Source: Trichoplax adhaerens
Taxonomy: Eukaryota; Animalia; Placozoa
DNA: 64,000 nt
Assembly: GCF_000150275.1 (NCBI RefSeq)
Contig: NW_002060957.1
Span: 1,352,445 to 1,416,444 of the forward strand
Reading direction: 5' to 3'
In this document: in pieces, positions 14,391 through 29,214 of the stretch
How the letters are laid out: every line of letters starts with the position of its first letter
How positions within the stretch are numbered: the stretch's first letter is position 1
Position numbers and translations under genes: made by a program
Notes under the pieces: model-generated
What the model was told of the DNA's origin: nothing
Databases searched by the model: none
What the model saw: the letters and a program-made list of their open reading frames with translations, nothing else

Positions 14391-16426
14391 AATAGCAAAG
14401 AAATCCTTCGTTCAAACCTCTCAACATGAAGTAAGTGCATGCTGAGAATTACAGTAAGCCTCAGCATGAATCGAAGTTAGGATTTGCACACATATGATTA
14501 TTTGTTTGATATGATAAATATTATAACAATATTTTCATTAAGAAGTCCAAAATATAATAAAAATATTAAAGCATGTCACGTATTACCTCGTGAATCGGAA
14601 GTAAATTATCCAAAAAGATTCCGATTTCATATATGCGCCAATCTAGAAAATTAAAGCTATCGATATCATCCATCTTTCTCAATTTCTAGCTTATATCATA
14701 TAACGCGTTTAATTAAATATCCGAAGCAATGCTCTTTCCTTATATTTGAAATTTGTTAATTTTTAACGTTATATGTTATCATCAAATAAGTGAAAGCAAA
14801 AATTTTTCTTGAGAAATAAGTTTCGACAGGCTGAAACAGATTTACAGCCTTAATTTAATTCAAGTAATCAGGTACCTCACTCATTATTTAGTATAGTGCT
14901 GATATTCTCTGATAACTAATTAAGCTAAGATGATAAGATAACATCAAAATTTATGATAAAATTCAACATTTTGGACTTTTGTATATCAAACCATCTGTAG
15001 CAATTTTGTCTAAAAGTAGCATCAAGTGGGGGAATTGAGAGATTCAAAACATACTATATGCGAATCTACTTCTATTTGATAACTTAATAGAATCGTTAGA
15101 TTAATAATCATTTTTAATAAGTATTTATATTTGATTATAATTGAATGGCGAATGAAACATAGTGTTTACTTTAAGTAAAATTTTCATTTAGCTCTTCAAT
15201 TAATTTAAAATTACGTAGGAATTTAACATGCGGGCTGCACTACATCGATATTATTTGAAACTTATATTCCAAATTAAAGTTTATTGATATGTAAATACTC
15301 GTTTTGAAAAAAAATGAGACGGAATCACTTACATTTTACATTAATTTGTAGTCCTGGGTTGTGTTAAAATCAGATCACGGAAATTCCAAAGTTGCAGAAA
15401 AAAGAACTTTATGAGACCTAATGCAAAGTCTAGCTGTCCACAGCTCTATTCTAACCGAATGCAACTAATGAAATAGTTCTAAAAAGAATAATCAATTAAT
15501 CTAACGTCTCCTGCTTTTATACTTTCCGTAGCCTTCGTAGCTACAATCAACGTAGCAGCATTCTACCTTATTTTACATATATTCAGCTTATTATTTGTCA
15601 TAATATTTTACAGCGAACCATCGTTAATCCAATACGGAAATGATCACAGCATTTTCGCAGACATTATTCCTACCACTCGAAGTGCAATGAACTAAGAATA
15701 TCGTAATATATGATTTACAATTCTATTTTTAGCTCTAACATTATTAGTAGCTCAACATTTTACTGTACATAGTCATCTGCACTCTAGCATGGAGTATATC
15801 CGTACAGTCTATAATTATGGGCTACTAAATATATATATCATACCATAAATATAGAAAAGACACTACCGTATATCATACTAAACATGGCTGATAGTATACA
15901 ATCACAATACTAATACTTTACATGGGTGTAATTAGCTTTTTCATGCTAGGGATGGTTGAATTGAGACTAATATTAGTTAATGCATTCGACATGGTGTATT
16001 GATCAAGAAAATTAGTTAAAACATTATAAAAAAAAATTCTGTAAATGCTTACAGTGTTATTAATTAATTATTATTAATCGAAGTAATAAATGAATTGTGT
16101 ATCATGTGCAGCTATATTTATATAAATATATAATTGGCAATACGAACAAAAACGCTGTGAAGTACTCGGATATTGTAAATTTGCTATAAAGCAATTTATA
16201 GTAAATAGTTGCAATCATCTATAACTAGAATATCGACGATAGGATTACATTAATATTTCAAATTAAATCTTAACATCTAAGTACTTACAGTCTCTTATCG
16301 CTTGAATTATAATTATTACAGAATATTCTATTCTAATTTCCTTTAATAATATAATATTGGTATTATATGTATTCACATATTTTAAAAGAGATTAATATTA
16401 TCGATGTTCTTAAGAAGGATTCAAAG

Positions 16427-19400
16427 TTATCCCACATTTATGATATCAATTGTTACACTTTTCACGGCATGCTTATTATCTACGGTCATTAAGCAATCAC
16501 GATTAGAATTGCTTTGGCAATCATATTTAACTTTAAACGAATTTTCCTGGTCAGTACTTATGTACTTGATCTGATACTGAATCGAAGATAGGCACTGATA
16601 GGCAAGACTGGGTGGACGCCAAAATAATTGTACATGTGTACAGTTGCTTTTAACTCGAATATTCGTCGCTGCAGGCGCGTTCTCTACGAAGTAAAGTGTA
16701 AAACCTTCTAAGACAAGTTATGCCATTAAAATGAAACTAAGCTATTTATTGTTAACATCCGATATCTACTAATCTGTAGACTTTTCCTAACTTACTTAAT
16801 TGACTGCAATCTATTTTTTGCTTTCCCGTCGTGAAGTACGTTTGACTTGGAATAGTAGTTTGAGGAGTAGGCAGTGTTGTCGGCTTTGCTTGACTTGTAT
16901 GGAGACTATCGATCTTAAATTGTTGTAGTGTACTGTTGTCGCTGACTTTATTATCATATTTCATCGCACTTGCAAGCCAATGATATGTAGTATCCAATTG
17001 CAATTCGTCAAATTTAAGGAATAAATTTCTTACGTCCCTAATGAACTATGTTAACGTCCAATTAGAATTAGATTAAAATCTACTTCTACATCTGCTAATC
17101 CGTCAGATTGGCAAGTAAATCTGCATGATCATATTTTTAGTAAATTATCAGCCAGATTATTTTTTTATATCTTTCAGAGATTATAGTATGGTGTTAAGGT
17201 AGGAATTGGAAACTTGGAATATGAAAAGATGCTATCATAATTTGTGCAATTTTATAATGGAATTAAATATATATGTATGCACAAAAATAGGTATCTCCTA
17301 ACAATTACTACATTTATAGTATTATTACTTGAAAGGTTCTTCCTGATTTATTTCCTTCAGATAAAAAGAAGTGATAATGGTAGCTTGCACCATAATAGCA
17401 TCGATCATGTTGATAGCAGGTTAATTTTACTGTTTCCTTCTTATAGTCAATAAGACTTCGACATTCTTTAGGTGGAGCTGGTTCATCTATAAAATAGAAT
17501 AAAATTTACTGCTACCTAAAATAGAATGACATCACATATGATCTAATTTATATGGCTTACACAGCATATTTGGCCAAGTTCTGTAAAATGCGCTAGTGGA
17601 GTGGTGGCGATTGTCGATTGTGCTTGCCAATACTTGATAGACTAAGGTAGAGCCTATTTTCCTTCCATCAAGAGTAATCTGGCATTGGGTATGAGAAGTT
17701 TTATTGCAGGCATATTTCCAATCAGTATTGCCACTAGCAGAATAAATTCTATAGTATATGCCATATTGAAGGAAGGGTTGGCAACTCGAATCTACAGCTG
17801 GTGGATCCCATGTAAATGTGATGCGAGTGCAATCAATTTTAACTTTCAGGTTTTTAGCAGCTTCTAAATTGTCTAAAGAAATAATGGATTATATTATTAA
17901 AGACGGAAAGTTTAATTCATTTATGGAATAAACATAATAAAATATGTGGCATTTGATAAGCCAAAACATTTGCTCTTCAACTTTTCAACATTATCTTGTG
18001 CGAAAGAGTGCTAATTGAATATTTCGAACAATATAACATAACATTTCAAAAGACACTGGAGTGGTTTATTAATATCATTTTTATTTGTGATTAACATTAA
18101 ATTTGCTAGAAGTAAGACGAAATGTTAGCATGAGCATACCTACCTTCAATGTAGTAAATTTGTTTACATAAATAAAGGGTAGCAAATCGTTCTAAATATA
18201 TTTCATAGGGTAAAATGAAATGTTATCTAAAGGATTAGAGTTACTAATGCTATCTTCATCGTAAACATTCTAGATATTATATTTACCTACGGAATATTAA
18301 TTTAAGGATTTTAATCAACTTAATATAAAACTATGTTAAAAAAAATATTGAATGAATTTCTTGTGACGTATTTGAATATGCAATCTGCTAGAATAAGCAT
18401 TCAGTGAAATACGTATTCGTAAACAGTTTTGTGAATCCTAATACCGCTTTCAGTTGCTAAACGAAATTATTTCTTAACAATTAAGTTATAAGTAAAGCTA
18501 TTTGTTATAAAAAATCAACTGATTATTCTGTAATACCACTTTAAGTCTGCAATTTGAGTACGCATACTAATGCATATTATTAGACTAAAAAATTACTTAC
18601 ATGTTTGAGCAGTATTCTTATCAGTAATAGTTATCATGTTCTAGTATACACAGTAAAAGGCGCAATCTACATTTACTGTAAACTAAAGTCATTACTAAAA
18701 AATAATTTCACATCGCAATGCAATGAATTCGCCAAATATCATGTATTTTAAATCAGTAAAATATGGGCTAAAAAATGATGTCATAGGATTGACCAACTCT
18801 CGAGTTTGACCGAAATATATGTGCAGTATGTGAATAATAGCAACAATGCCGACTTGTATTGTCTTTATATACATAAGTATGCACGCATGCATGCTACAGC
18901 TAAAGCTGGAAACCCCTTTCTTATTCCTCTATAAATAGTTTAAAGACATATACGTATATGCGTAAAATAATATTTATCCATTTTGAAATTTCGGTTTCGC
19001 TCAAACAGCTTGTTGTCAAATCGCACGTGAGTGTTAAATGCTAATTATTGACATAAATCTTCATTAAGTTAAAGCTCGAAATAAGAGAAAAATTTTTAAA
19101 GTTTTGGTTTGCTTGCCTAATTTTTTACTGCAATGCGAGCGAGGTACATCTTTTGTAGCCACTGTAGTTGGAACTTCAGTCGTTGCCATCGAAGAATGTA
19201 AAGAAAAATTGAATTGAGGAGTGAAATTGCTTTCGCGATTGCTGTAGGTCTTACTACTAGCATACCAATAATAATTTACTTTGGCATTTAATTGAGAAAA
19301 TTGAATCACTTTAGTTCTTTTGCCATTCAGCGAAAACTGTTATAGAAAAAGAAACATTTATTATTATAATTTAGAAGTCGGCATTGCTCTTACACAGTTT

Positions 19401-20183
19401 CATAGTTAATGAGCGTTAAACTTTTAAATCTGTCTTTCGTCAGATGTAAGATAGTCGCCAATTTCAATTTAAGTATCTATGTATGATATCGATAATTCAT
19501 AAGAAGCCTACTTTTTGTATTTGAGTATTGGAATCTCTTCTACCCAAGTAGAAGTAGTAGGAATAACTGGATCCATAATAACATCGATTATGCTTACTAC
19601 AAGTCAATGTAACTGATTTCTGATTCAAATCGATGATTGTTTGGCAGTTTTGAGGTGGTATGGGCATAACTAAAGTATTAGAATAGGCCAATTATGCATT
19701 TTTTTATTCTATAATTCGCACTTTTATAGATATTGTAAAGAATTTAAGGCTAAGTTGATGTAGATTTTGTATACATTTCAATTTTGTTACTGAATAATAC
19801 GCATAAATTTATAACATGATACACTCAAGTAAGATTTTTTAGCCGAATTATAAGCTAACATGTCATCGATGGCCACGATCGATAATAAGGACTTGATGAA
19901 TTTAAACGGTGATTGAAGGCTTGATTTGTCATCTTTGCCATCACTTTATAAATAATGGTAACTCCAATCAATCTGCCATCCAGTTGAATGGTGCATTCTA
20001 GCTGGGAAGTATCCTGGCAGGCAAATTTCAAGTCAGAATCACCGCTACTTGAATATACCTTGTAGTAAATTTGATAGCGAATGAACTTTAAGCAATCCGC
20101 ATCGATGGCTGGTGGATTCCAATCAATTTTAAATTTGTTACATTTGGTCGTAGATTTTACGAAAGTTACAGAAGGCAGGATTG
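16427..20183 (-). CDS. Receptor-family gene 2 (5' end not found): two FN3-pair modules plus a truncated third D1, no TM
   Basis: Exons 20183-19860 (D1: CNKFKIDWNPP..YQIYY..CQDTSQLEC), 19669-19512 (D2a), 19336-19129 or -19117 (D2b), possible micro-exon 18191-18144, 17863-17561 (second D1: CTRITFTWDPP..DWKYACNKTSHTQC), 17486-17329, 17045-16796, 16683-16427 (third D1: CTHVQLFWRPP..CQSNSNRDC.. then TAA). Phases match the paralogs. Signal exon not identified, so it may be partly pseudogenised. Confidence 0.68.
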
Positions 20184-21893
20184 CTATTATAATTTATATT
20201 TGGTAATGAAACACTTTGAGTTTAAGTTAACTATGTTAAAAATTACTTACTATGAATAATCATTCAAATTAAGAAAGCTTATAAAGCTAAAAGATTCAAC
20301 AACTTTATCAAAGATTATACTATATACCGATATTATTGCAATGAGATTCTGCCAGAGGTAAACTTTTGCCTATTTTGTTTAAATACATGGGAATAACAAA
20401 TTAGCAAAAAAGGCAAAATTCAGATGAATACTGTCGTTCAAATCAAGACAAATAAGGCATCGGTAAACAATACATTTTATCAAATTGTCAAGAAAATTAC
20501 CGACTAAACTAGCAAATGTATTCCATGGTTTTATATATTTGTGATAAAGAAATCTCTCATTAATTGAAAGACTACATTTACCAAAAGATCAAATGGAATT
20601 GTATTTAGTGAACACTAGTAAAACAAACTATATTCATGAAGAGAGGTTAATTGCTCTTACGATGATCTTACTTATAATATGCAATTTTTTTTCATCGTTT
20701 AAATTCGATTTATAAGAAATTTCGAATTTTCTCCAAAATTTCTCACTTTATCAGCACGAAGTACAAGAATTTCCATTGATATCATATTTACGCTAATAAG
20801 AAATTCTATACAGAGTATTGGCATTAACGCCTACTTTTTGAAAATAAGTATCATAGCCCTGAGCACTACATAGAACTATAAATAACTTAGAATCACCTAA
20901 TATAAGGCCGAATAGAGTACATAAAGGCAATAACCTCATTCCAACCATTGTAATATTCAATATAACACACGGAGTAAGATCACAAAAAGGATCGCAATTT
21001 GGATAAAGCCAAGGAGCTTCAGTAAGTTGTGATCGCTACGCCTGTGGCTATTTTGCTGTAAGTCTTCGATATTCAATATGGCTAACAGCTTCTGATCCAC
21101 GTATTGTATGATACTTTATTGAGATTTGTTTACTTTCTAAACATCGAACTCTTCACTCATCGCTTTTTCCTGTAAATTTCGCAATAGTTTAGGTCGTAGA
21201 GACTTAATGAATAAATTAACGAAATAATATTTATATATGGAGATTAAAATTAGTTACTGATAGTAGAATCACTAAAGTTATAATGTGTTACAGTAAATTA
21301 TATATGGTACTGTAATGCAATTCTTATATAGTAATTAAATACAGTTATGATCAATACTAGAATGTAGGTGTATTGAAATGACTCTTTGAATGGACATACT
21401 GTATAATTAAAACTGATTCAACAGAAAACATGTACTGGGGAAAGCATTATTACCGGAGAACACACTATTAACTTATTATTTCAAATTTGCTCTATTATGA
21501 CAAGTTCCAATTCAAAATTACATTATAAAATTTGGCAAATTTGGTTTGCTCGAAATGAAAATTTCTAGTAACAGATGGTTAGCTTTTCTTATAAAATTCT
21601 GAATTATGACATTGTATTTGGCTTTACACCCATTTAACGATTTTAATATTGCGGTGCTTTATAATGTAGTCACTGGTTGGTTGAGGCGGTTGGTAGGGAT
21701 CCATAGCCGAGAAATCAGTATGATTTCTTAACACTAGCTAAAAATCAAAGAAAATCGAAGTGAAATGAAGGAATTTAAATGAAATGAATTTATGGCTATC
21801 GAAATATTATCCTCAGCTTTTTTCTGACTGAATCGAAAGAGTGTAAAATCTGAAGAATTCCTAAAAATTATAGGATTATTTCTACTTACCTCA

Positions 21894-22523
21894 TGTTACA
21901 GTGTTAAATACTGCATTACAGTAGAAATAACTATGTTAGGATAATTATGTTAGACTATCCTTATTTACTTAACTTCTAATTTGGATATACTGTGTTTTAA
22001 TATAGCACTGACTTTTTATGACAGTGACACTTATACACATACTGAAATTAATAGTTATAATAGGGAATGCAAATCATCTGCTTATAGTTCGAATCATTGT
22101 GATTGTAATTTACTTATGGTAGACTGTAAATTATCATGGAAATGTTCCGTAATAGGACATATCGTAATCTGACTATTCTGTATTAGTCATTACATGTCTA
22201 TGTTCGTAAATACTGTTGTCTGCATTAAGGGAGCAGTAGCTAAAATTAATATCTAATTCAGTAAATGATTCCAATGTTAATTGTATTAACTATGACTTAT
22301 GAACTATTGAGGAATAGTATATAAATGCAGTATATCGTGAAATAAAGAAAATTCTCCAACTTAGTGTTTAACGTAAAATACGAGGCGTTTAAGCCTTCGT
22401 GTAGTCTGCTAGTAGAGCAAAAGTGTTTGTGATAGTGCAGATATCGTTCCTTGATACGTGGTTCAAGGAATTGACTTATTGATCGTATATTGCGTTATCT
22501 TATTGCAAAGCTGTTTTGTGACA
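21894..22523 (-). mobile_element. TG...CA element, family A, copy 3 (630 bp, inverted)
   Basis: Reverse complement of 28106-28735. Perfect TSD CCTCA on both sides. Explains the duplicate ORFs 21981-22172 and 28457-28648. Confidence 0.9.
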
Positions 22524-25414
22524 CCTCATAATTACTTTAGTAAGGCCTTTTTCAATTTGCGATTCTGAAAGTATTCAGTAACTGCGAGCTATGGAAAATA
22601 TACAACATTGTAATAAAAATTGTTTTGTTGATATATTTAGGCACAAGGTAATTAAGAGTTACAGCTACATCGTATATATAAATTTCAGTGAACGCAAGCT
22701 ATATCTTGCTATAAAATTTTCTTGATATCGCCTAAGTAGAATTACTCATATTGGTCAGTCAAGTTTGCAGTTTACTGAATGTATTTCATATTGCTAGAAA
22801 TCGCCTCGCTGTATTATTTAAGAAAGTACTTTGGGAAATAGAACTAATACGTGATTACTAAAGACGAGCTAAATGATACGATTTAGAATCAAATGATTCT
22901 ATGATATATTATCTTATTCTTAAATCAAGATTATTATTCATCTGTGTACATAGTTTTGTTAAGCTAGAAATAATAGAAACTAATGGCTTTCTGAATCTAC
23001 GTTTTGATTTTACTTTAATGTTTTATCTGTACTAGAAGTCTCAGCTATAAAAATGAAAAATATGACGTTCTATTCCAATAAAAGGAAGACTTCATTAACG
23101 AAATAATCTGACATTTTTTGCATATTAAGTGGCCTTTTTTCAATTAAACTGCTCTTTTAATATAAAAAAATGACATTATAGACAGGAATATAATATAAGC
23201 TACAACTGAATAGGGAAAGCCAATCGTAAAGGATCTATTCCATTGCTGTCGATATCAAGAATATTTTACCATTATTAAAAGAACGCACTCTGTTTCAGTT
23301 CAGTTGTCAAAAATAATATGTTTAAATCCGTTGTTATTGCAAGTGTTGAAAGTATTGTGGGTGAAAAGTCTATATTATATTAAAATTTCAATAAGAGATC
23401 AATAATTTAGAACACACTGATATCAATTTTAAGTCTTTCTAGTAAGAATTAGGATAGCTGCAGTATTCGAACCTTTTAGCTGAATACATTCTATGCGTAT
23501 AGATAAATGTACACAAATGCAGCATGTCTAAATGTTTGAATACTACTTTCGTATGCACCGTTGATCTTTCAGGAACTAAAATTATCTATAGATGCAACGC
23601 TAAAATGTGCCTTGAAGTTACAGGTAATGCAAGATTCTTCGGAATCATAATGATGATTTTAATACTAACTTTGACTGATGTGCCAAATGCATGAAAAAAA
23701 AAAATTAAACATACGCATATAGCCGGGATCTAAAGTCTTTAAAGACATGGCTTCCTTTATAAATATAATCTATAGTAATTGTAACATTTTTAGCCATTAC
23801 AGGTATATTTTCTATAGATTTTAGCACAACAAGCTTTGATAGATAGGGAAGAACTTCTCACAGCAGCGGATCTTGAAAGATAATAACTAAGAACAGTAAT
23901 AAAAGAAGGAAAATATGGCTGCTTTAAATACGCTAAATAACTTGTTTACCACCTAAAGATTGGAAAAAAAAAATCACTTAATACTCAAGAGTGTCGAGTA
24001 TGGTAACGAGATTCTTAGATTAGTAGTATATTCTACCGAACTGAAATCGAGCTACTGGAATTATAAAAAACATTGCTAATATATACCTATTATTGTCAAC
24101 GTTCCTAGATTTGATATTATTTTAAAGCTACATCTAATCTATTTCTGCGCCACATTTTGACAAAATAGCTTATCTAACAGTTTCACCACAAAAGTAAAAA
24201 TTTAGAAATCAGTTTTACTGGTTTTTTAGTTAATTTCTTGAGATGGCCTGGAAGTTGAAATTTTATTTATACCGTAGACGTTTATAAATAAGTTCTATTG
24301 CACAATATTTATATCAGTCAGATGCTATTTAGAAAAATTAGTTAAATTTTAAATTAATTATAGTAAAAGTATCAAAACTGTTCTATCTAATAATAAATCT
24401 AATTCTCTTAAATAATTATCTAAACTGAGATGGAATTAGAAAGCCTCCGATACAAGATTTTAGAATAGTAGTGCAGCAATTAACTAATGGCAAGAGTTTA
24501 AATTTATGCCTTTTGCGCTCAGAGTGAAGAAAAGTTCCTATTTGCAGCTCTTAAACATATGCGGGTACATTCAAGTTAAATATTCTTACAACAAAAAAGA
24601 ACCCTACCGTCAAACTTGATTTTTCAAAAATTAAAACAGTTATTCTCAAATGTTGAACCTAAATATTTTACCGTGTGATTTCATATGCTTAAGATGTACT
24701 TACTCTTCTATCAACTTCCAACATCGAACGGTATTGTGCATCTTTACTACTGCAATATATTAATTCATATAGACCTAGTCCTTAGTTAATTAACTACTAG
24801 CAGTTGAAATCTACAATATCTAATGTCAGCAATCATGATTAACGATTTCTAATATTAGCAATACAATACGATCCATTCGTTATTAGCAGCCTAACTATAT
24901 CAAATATTACGATGAACATAAATCAAATATGATGAACCACTATACAATTCGCAATTGTCATTAGTGCCAAATGCATTTATTCAAGTATGTAATGAACATG
25001 CATTGGCTATAGTAGTGAAATATTGCTGAAAAAATTCCTTTGCTTAGCTTTCTTAGGAATGATATCCTATAGCCTTTGTTAGTTTGTAAGTTCAGGAGTA
25101 TTTTAACTTATGTATAAATAATAATTATGATTAGAAATTTAGTATCGCTCCTTATGAATTAACATTGGTATCGTACCTGTTTGCTTAAAAATATTATTTA
25201 TTACAAATAATTCAGGTTGGTACAATAAAACCTAATTCTGTAACATGAAAGTATTCCTGGAATCTTATTAAATTCTGTTAAATTAGAGTATGAATAATTT
25301 AAGTTGCTCTGAAGATTCATTTCAAGAATAAATTAGATTTATACGAAACACTTATTCAATTCCTGATAGCTACCGTCATATACTTTATTTATTTTGCCCT
25401 ATTATCTACCTACT

Positions 25415-25964
25415 TGTTACAGTGTTGCCTTGTCATTAGGATAGATTTAAGTGCAGTAGTAGCTAGTATGGAGAATATCCGTATTTGTAGTGCTAGGTAA
25501 GATAAGTAATGCCTTAACGTGGATATTGTTTGTAACAGTTCATTACATATTTGATACTGATTGTTGTGTGATAGATAGCAGTGAGATGATTCAAGTTCTA
25601 CTTGATGATAGTTGAATTAGACAACCTACGAGCTTAGATTAAGATTAAGTATGAGTAAGAGATTCAAAATATTTACTGATAGAAAAGCTATGTAAGGAAC
25701 ATCTCAGTTCGAGATGTTTCTCCTAGTAAGGTATAACAATAATACTGTTGTTGTTTACAAATTAGACGGTTCCTATATAAACGGGAACATTTGAGTTCAG
25801 TGGTGGTAAAAAGTTGTAGATGTACAGTATCTTTGCTAATAAAAGTTCCATTTTTACAGTCTTTTACTGCGTGTGTTTAAAGTTAAGTAAAAGGGTGTTT
25901 AAGTCAGCATCTACAAATAGGCTTTTACTGTACGTTACCTTGTCGCAGAAGTGAAATTGTGACA
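25415..25964 (-). mobile_element. Divergent family A relative (550 bp)
   Basis: Termini TGTTACAGTGTT... and ...cgttaccttgtcgcagaagtgaaattGTGACA resemble the copy-3 termini. Flanks CTACT/GTACT (4/5 TSD). Interior is diverged. Confidence 0.5.
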
Positions 25965-28105
25965 GTACTATCATGCTATAATAACGCAATCAGTTCGCAA
26001 AAGCAAACCCTAATTGGAAAATGTTAAAAACAAGCCAATAAAATTCATCATTGTTGATGTAGTAATTACAACATTTAGGGCTAAAAGCCCAAGGTTGAAT
26101 GTAAACGTTTATATCCTGATATAATTATCTCTACTTATGGTTTATAGAAACACATAAAAGAATTAAATTGGGATATCTAAATGATAACTAAGATTTTATT
26201 TTAATGCAAAGTAATAATTCCCCTTGAAACAGACGAATTCTTGCCTGATAGTTTGCCAAAAAATTAGATAAAAGATGGCGGCATACCGGAACATTTTATT
26301 TTCTAACTACTATTTCAATTAGGCACTTTTTATGCCTTTATTGGATGCTTCCATCCCTTTCCGTTAAAACCACAGATAAAGATCAAAAATGTTCACTCAT
26401 TAACTTCAAAGTTAAGGAAAGGTTATAAAAGAAAATTATTTCTTAGGTGATCTAATGAATGATCAGCTTTATCCAACATCAAAATAGAACATCTGTTCTT
26501 GTAATTTAATTTACTGTTATGAATGCATTCCACTTTACCCTTATGACAGTATACTATAGCACCTGATTTCTGTTCCCAGCAAATTGAGCATAAAAACTTG
26601 TTAAATGATACAATTTGGATATAATAGAGAGCCATCAGCTGTCAACGTAACACCGCTTCTAATAATTAGCAAGGCTTCAATTTTACATGTAAGCATTAAC
26701 TATTAGTCAATATGAATAAATCTACTAAACTGATTATCTAAGCTTCAACTTACATTTTTAAAAGTGTAACTTCTTTGCTGAAACTTGTTATGATCGCGCA
26801 AGAATTGTTTTGCTGATATCAGTATTATTGTGGTCTGGCTTCCAGACCAATAAATTTGATTGACTGATAACTGAAATGATTGAAAGCTGTTCCTATCACG
26901 TTGAAAAGCGGCTACATCTCTATTCTTTCACATGAATTCTATTTATTTGGTATATTGCTACCGAGATCTTTCTACAAAGTAATAATGGTAATATATCGTA
27001 TGTCTGTATAGCAATTTAACTTTTTATATACTTGTATAATAACTAATTTAAAGAACTATTTATCCATCTATAGAGTAGTATACTCGTGTATAAGTTTATA
27101 GATAGAATTTAAACAGCACATTTGAACTTAGTGCTTGGCGTTAATTATATAGTAATAGTAGCTAGGCTTAGATACTGTAATGTCTAAAGCACTATACTGC
27201 GATGCGATGGTTAGGTAAGGAATTGAAAGTCATGCGCTTTCTAACTATTATAATACGTAGCTGTTTACAAAATCCGGCTTATTAAAATGTAAATGAAAAT
27301 TTCACCGCCACTCATTTAAAGATCCTGATCCTACGTATGATAAAGTTCAAGATTAAAATGACACTTTAGATTATTGTTTAAAACTAATTTAAAGCAAATA
27401 TCGAGCAGCAAATACTATACATATTAAACGATTGATTTTCATCTATAATAGAAGCTAGCTATAGATAAAGTTAAGATTAAAAGATATTCTAAAATTATAA
27501 TTTACTAAATCACCATAAAAGGTATATACACTTTCATAAAATTAATTGAATATAAAATATCGAGCAGTAAGTACTGCTCATATTTGATGATTTGTTTATA
27601 TCTATATCTTCACTTCGGATCTCATTTTGCAAGAGTAATATTTACTTTCAATCTATTGTTAGCATACAACAATTTTTATTTTTTAACCGACATTTTTCCT
27701 CTCTGTGTAGCAGCTACTGATTATGCAACGAACAGTAAGCAGTTACTTATCACAAATAATTAATTGGACTCGAAAATATAAACTCATCCAAAGGGTTAGA
27801 TTTTGAAACGTACAGCACTTCATTTCTCAAGGAGTTTCTCAATATAGATCACAGTCAAGAGTTAAAGACAATTTTGTATTAATTTCTTTGACTTGAATTG
27901 AGCTTTGTTGCCAATTTTTAACATCCAATACACTTGCAAAATATTTAAAATCTTCGTAAATTGTTAACGCTTTCCAATTACGATATTACTATTAAGTAAA
28001 TTCTATAAAATAATGCCAATATTTGTCGTCTAATCACAATTTTTAACTGATATACTAATAGCTAAAATATGACTACATTTCCTAATTTAGGTGTATTAAA
28101 GTTAT

Positions 28106-28735
28106 TGTCACAAAACAGCTTTGCAACAAGATAACGCAATATACGATCAATAAGTCAATTCCTTGAACTACGTATCAAGGAACGATATCTGCACTATCAC
28201 AAACACTTTTGCTCTACTAGCAGACTACACAAAGACTTAAACGCCTCGTATTTTACGTTAAACACTAAGTTGGACAATTCTCTTTATTTCACGATATACT
28301 GCATTTATATACTACTCCTCAATAGCTCATAAGTCATAGTTAATACAATTAACATTAGAATCATTTACTGAATTCGATATTAATTTTAGCTACTGCTCCC
28401 TTAATGCAGACAACAGTATTTACGAACATAGACATGTAATGACTAATACAGAATAGTCAGATTACGATATGTCCTATCACGGAACATTTCCATGATAATT
28501 TACAGTCTACCATAAGTAAATTACAATCACAATGATTCGAACTATAAGTAGATGATTTGCATTCCCTATTATAATTATTAATTTCAGTATGTGTATAAGT
28601 GTCACTGTCATAAAAAGTCAGTGCTATATTAAAACACAGTGTATCCAAATTAGAAGTTAACTAAATAAGAATAGTCTAACATAATTATCCTAACATAGAT
28701 ATTTCTACTCTAATACAGTATTTAACACTGTAACA
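28106..28735 (+). mobile_element. TG...CA element, family A, copy 4 (630 bp)
   Basis: TGTCACA...TGTAACA termini. TSD GTTAT/GTTAC (1 mismatch). Confidence 0.9.
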
Positions 28736-29214
28736 GTTACCAATAGCTATCGTCTTTGTTCTTTCGATGTTTGTGCTTAAAAACTCTGAATTACATCGCT
28801 TGCACAAACTTAAACATTTTGATAGGTCAAGTTAATATTTACTCGTACAGAGTAAAGTAAGATTCAAAGTTCCGTTCGAAATGTTTATTAATTAGTCAAT
28901 TCACAGAAGTTTCAACTTTTTACAGTACATTATAACAAATTCTAAGGATGTGTAGCTATTACGTTAGCATTTTACTTATGGATCGATGAAATCGAATGTG
29001 TAATTTGGCGATAATACCTTAAAAGTGTTACTGTAATAAATGCTAAATAATTTGTTGCCTATCATACTTTTACTCGAGACTTTTCACCTTGAGTTTGCTG
29101 CAGCAATTCTTAAATTATCAAGAACGCGTAGCAAATTAAAAGTCTTAATAGAATCGATTGGGTTCTTTCGTTTCTTGAGTAGCCTTTACTCTGCGTACCT
29201 CTACTATTGCCTAA

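Noticed and set aside
21981-22172. Near-identical 63-aa ORFs at 21981-22172 (+) and 28457-28648 (-)
   Set aside because: Both lie inside family A repeat copies, start at TTG and have no recognisable domain. The similarity comes from the repeat.
21885-22568. Candidate gene 2 upstream exon interrupted by family A copy 3 (AG...GTAAGT once the element is removed)
   Set aside because: The reconstructed exon is 40 nt, not phase 1-1, and has neither a signal peptide nor a Cys, so it cannot be supported as coding.
26423-26635. Cys-containing 70-aa ORF between genes 2 and 3
   Set aside because: Its Cys/Trp spacing does not match family D1 or D2 exons, and I found no convincing splice sites.
26828-26850. 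Perfect hairpin TGGTCTGG-CTT-CCAGACCA
   Set aside because: An isolated 8-bp stem in eukaryotic intergenic DNA, expected by chance.
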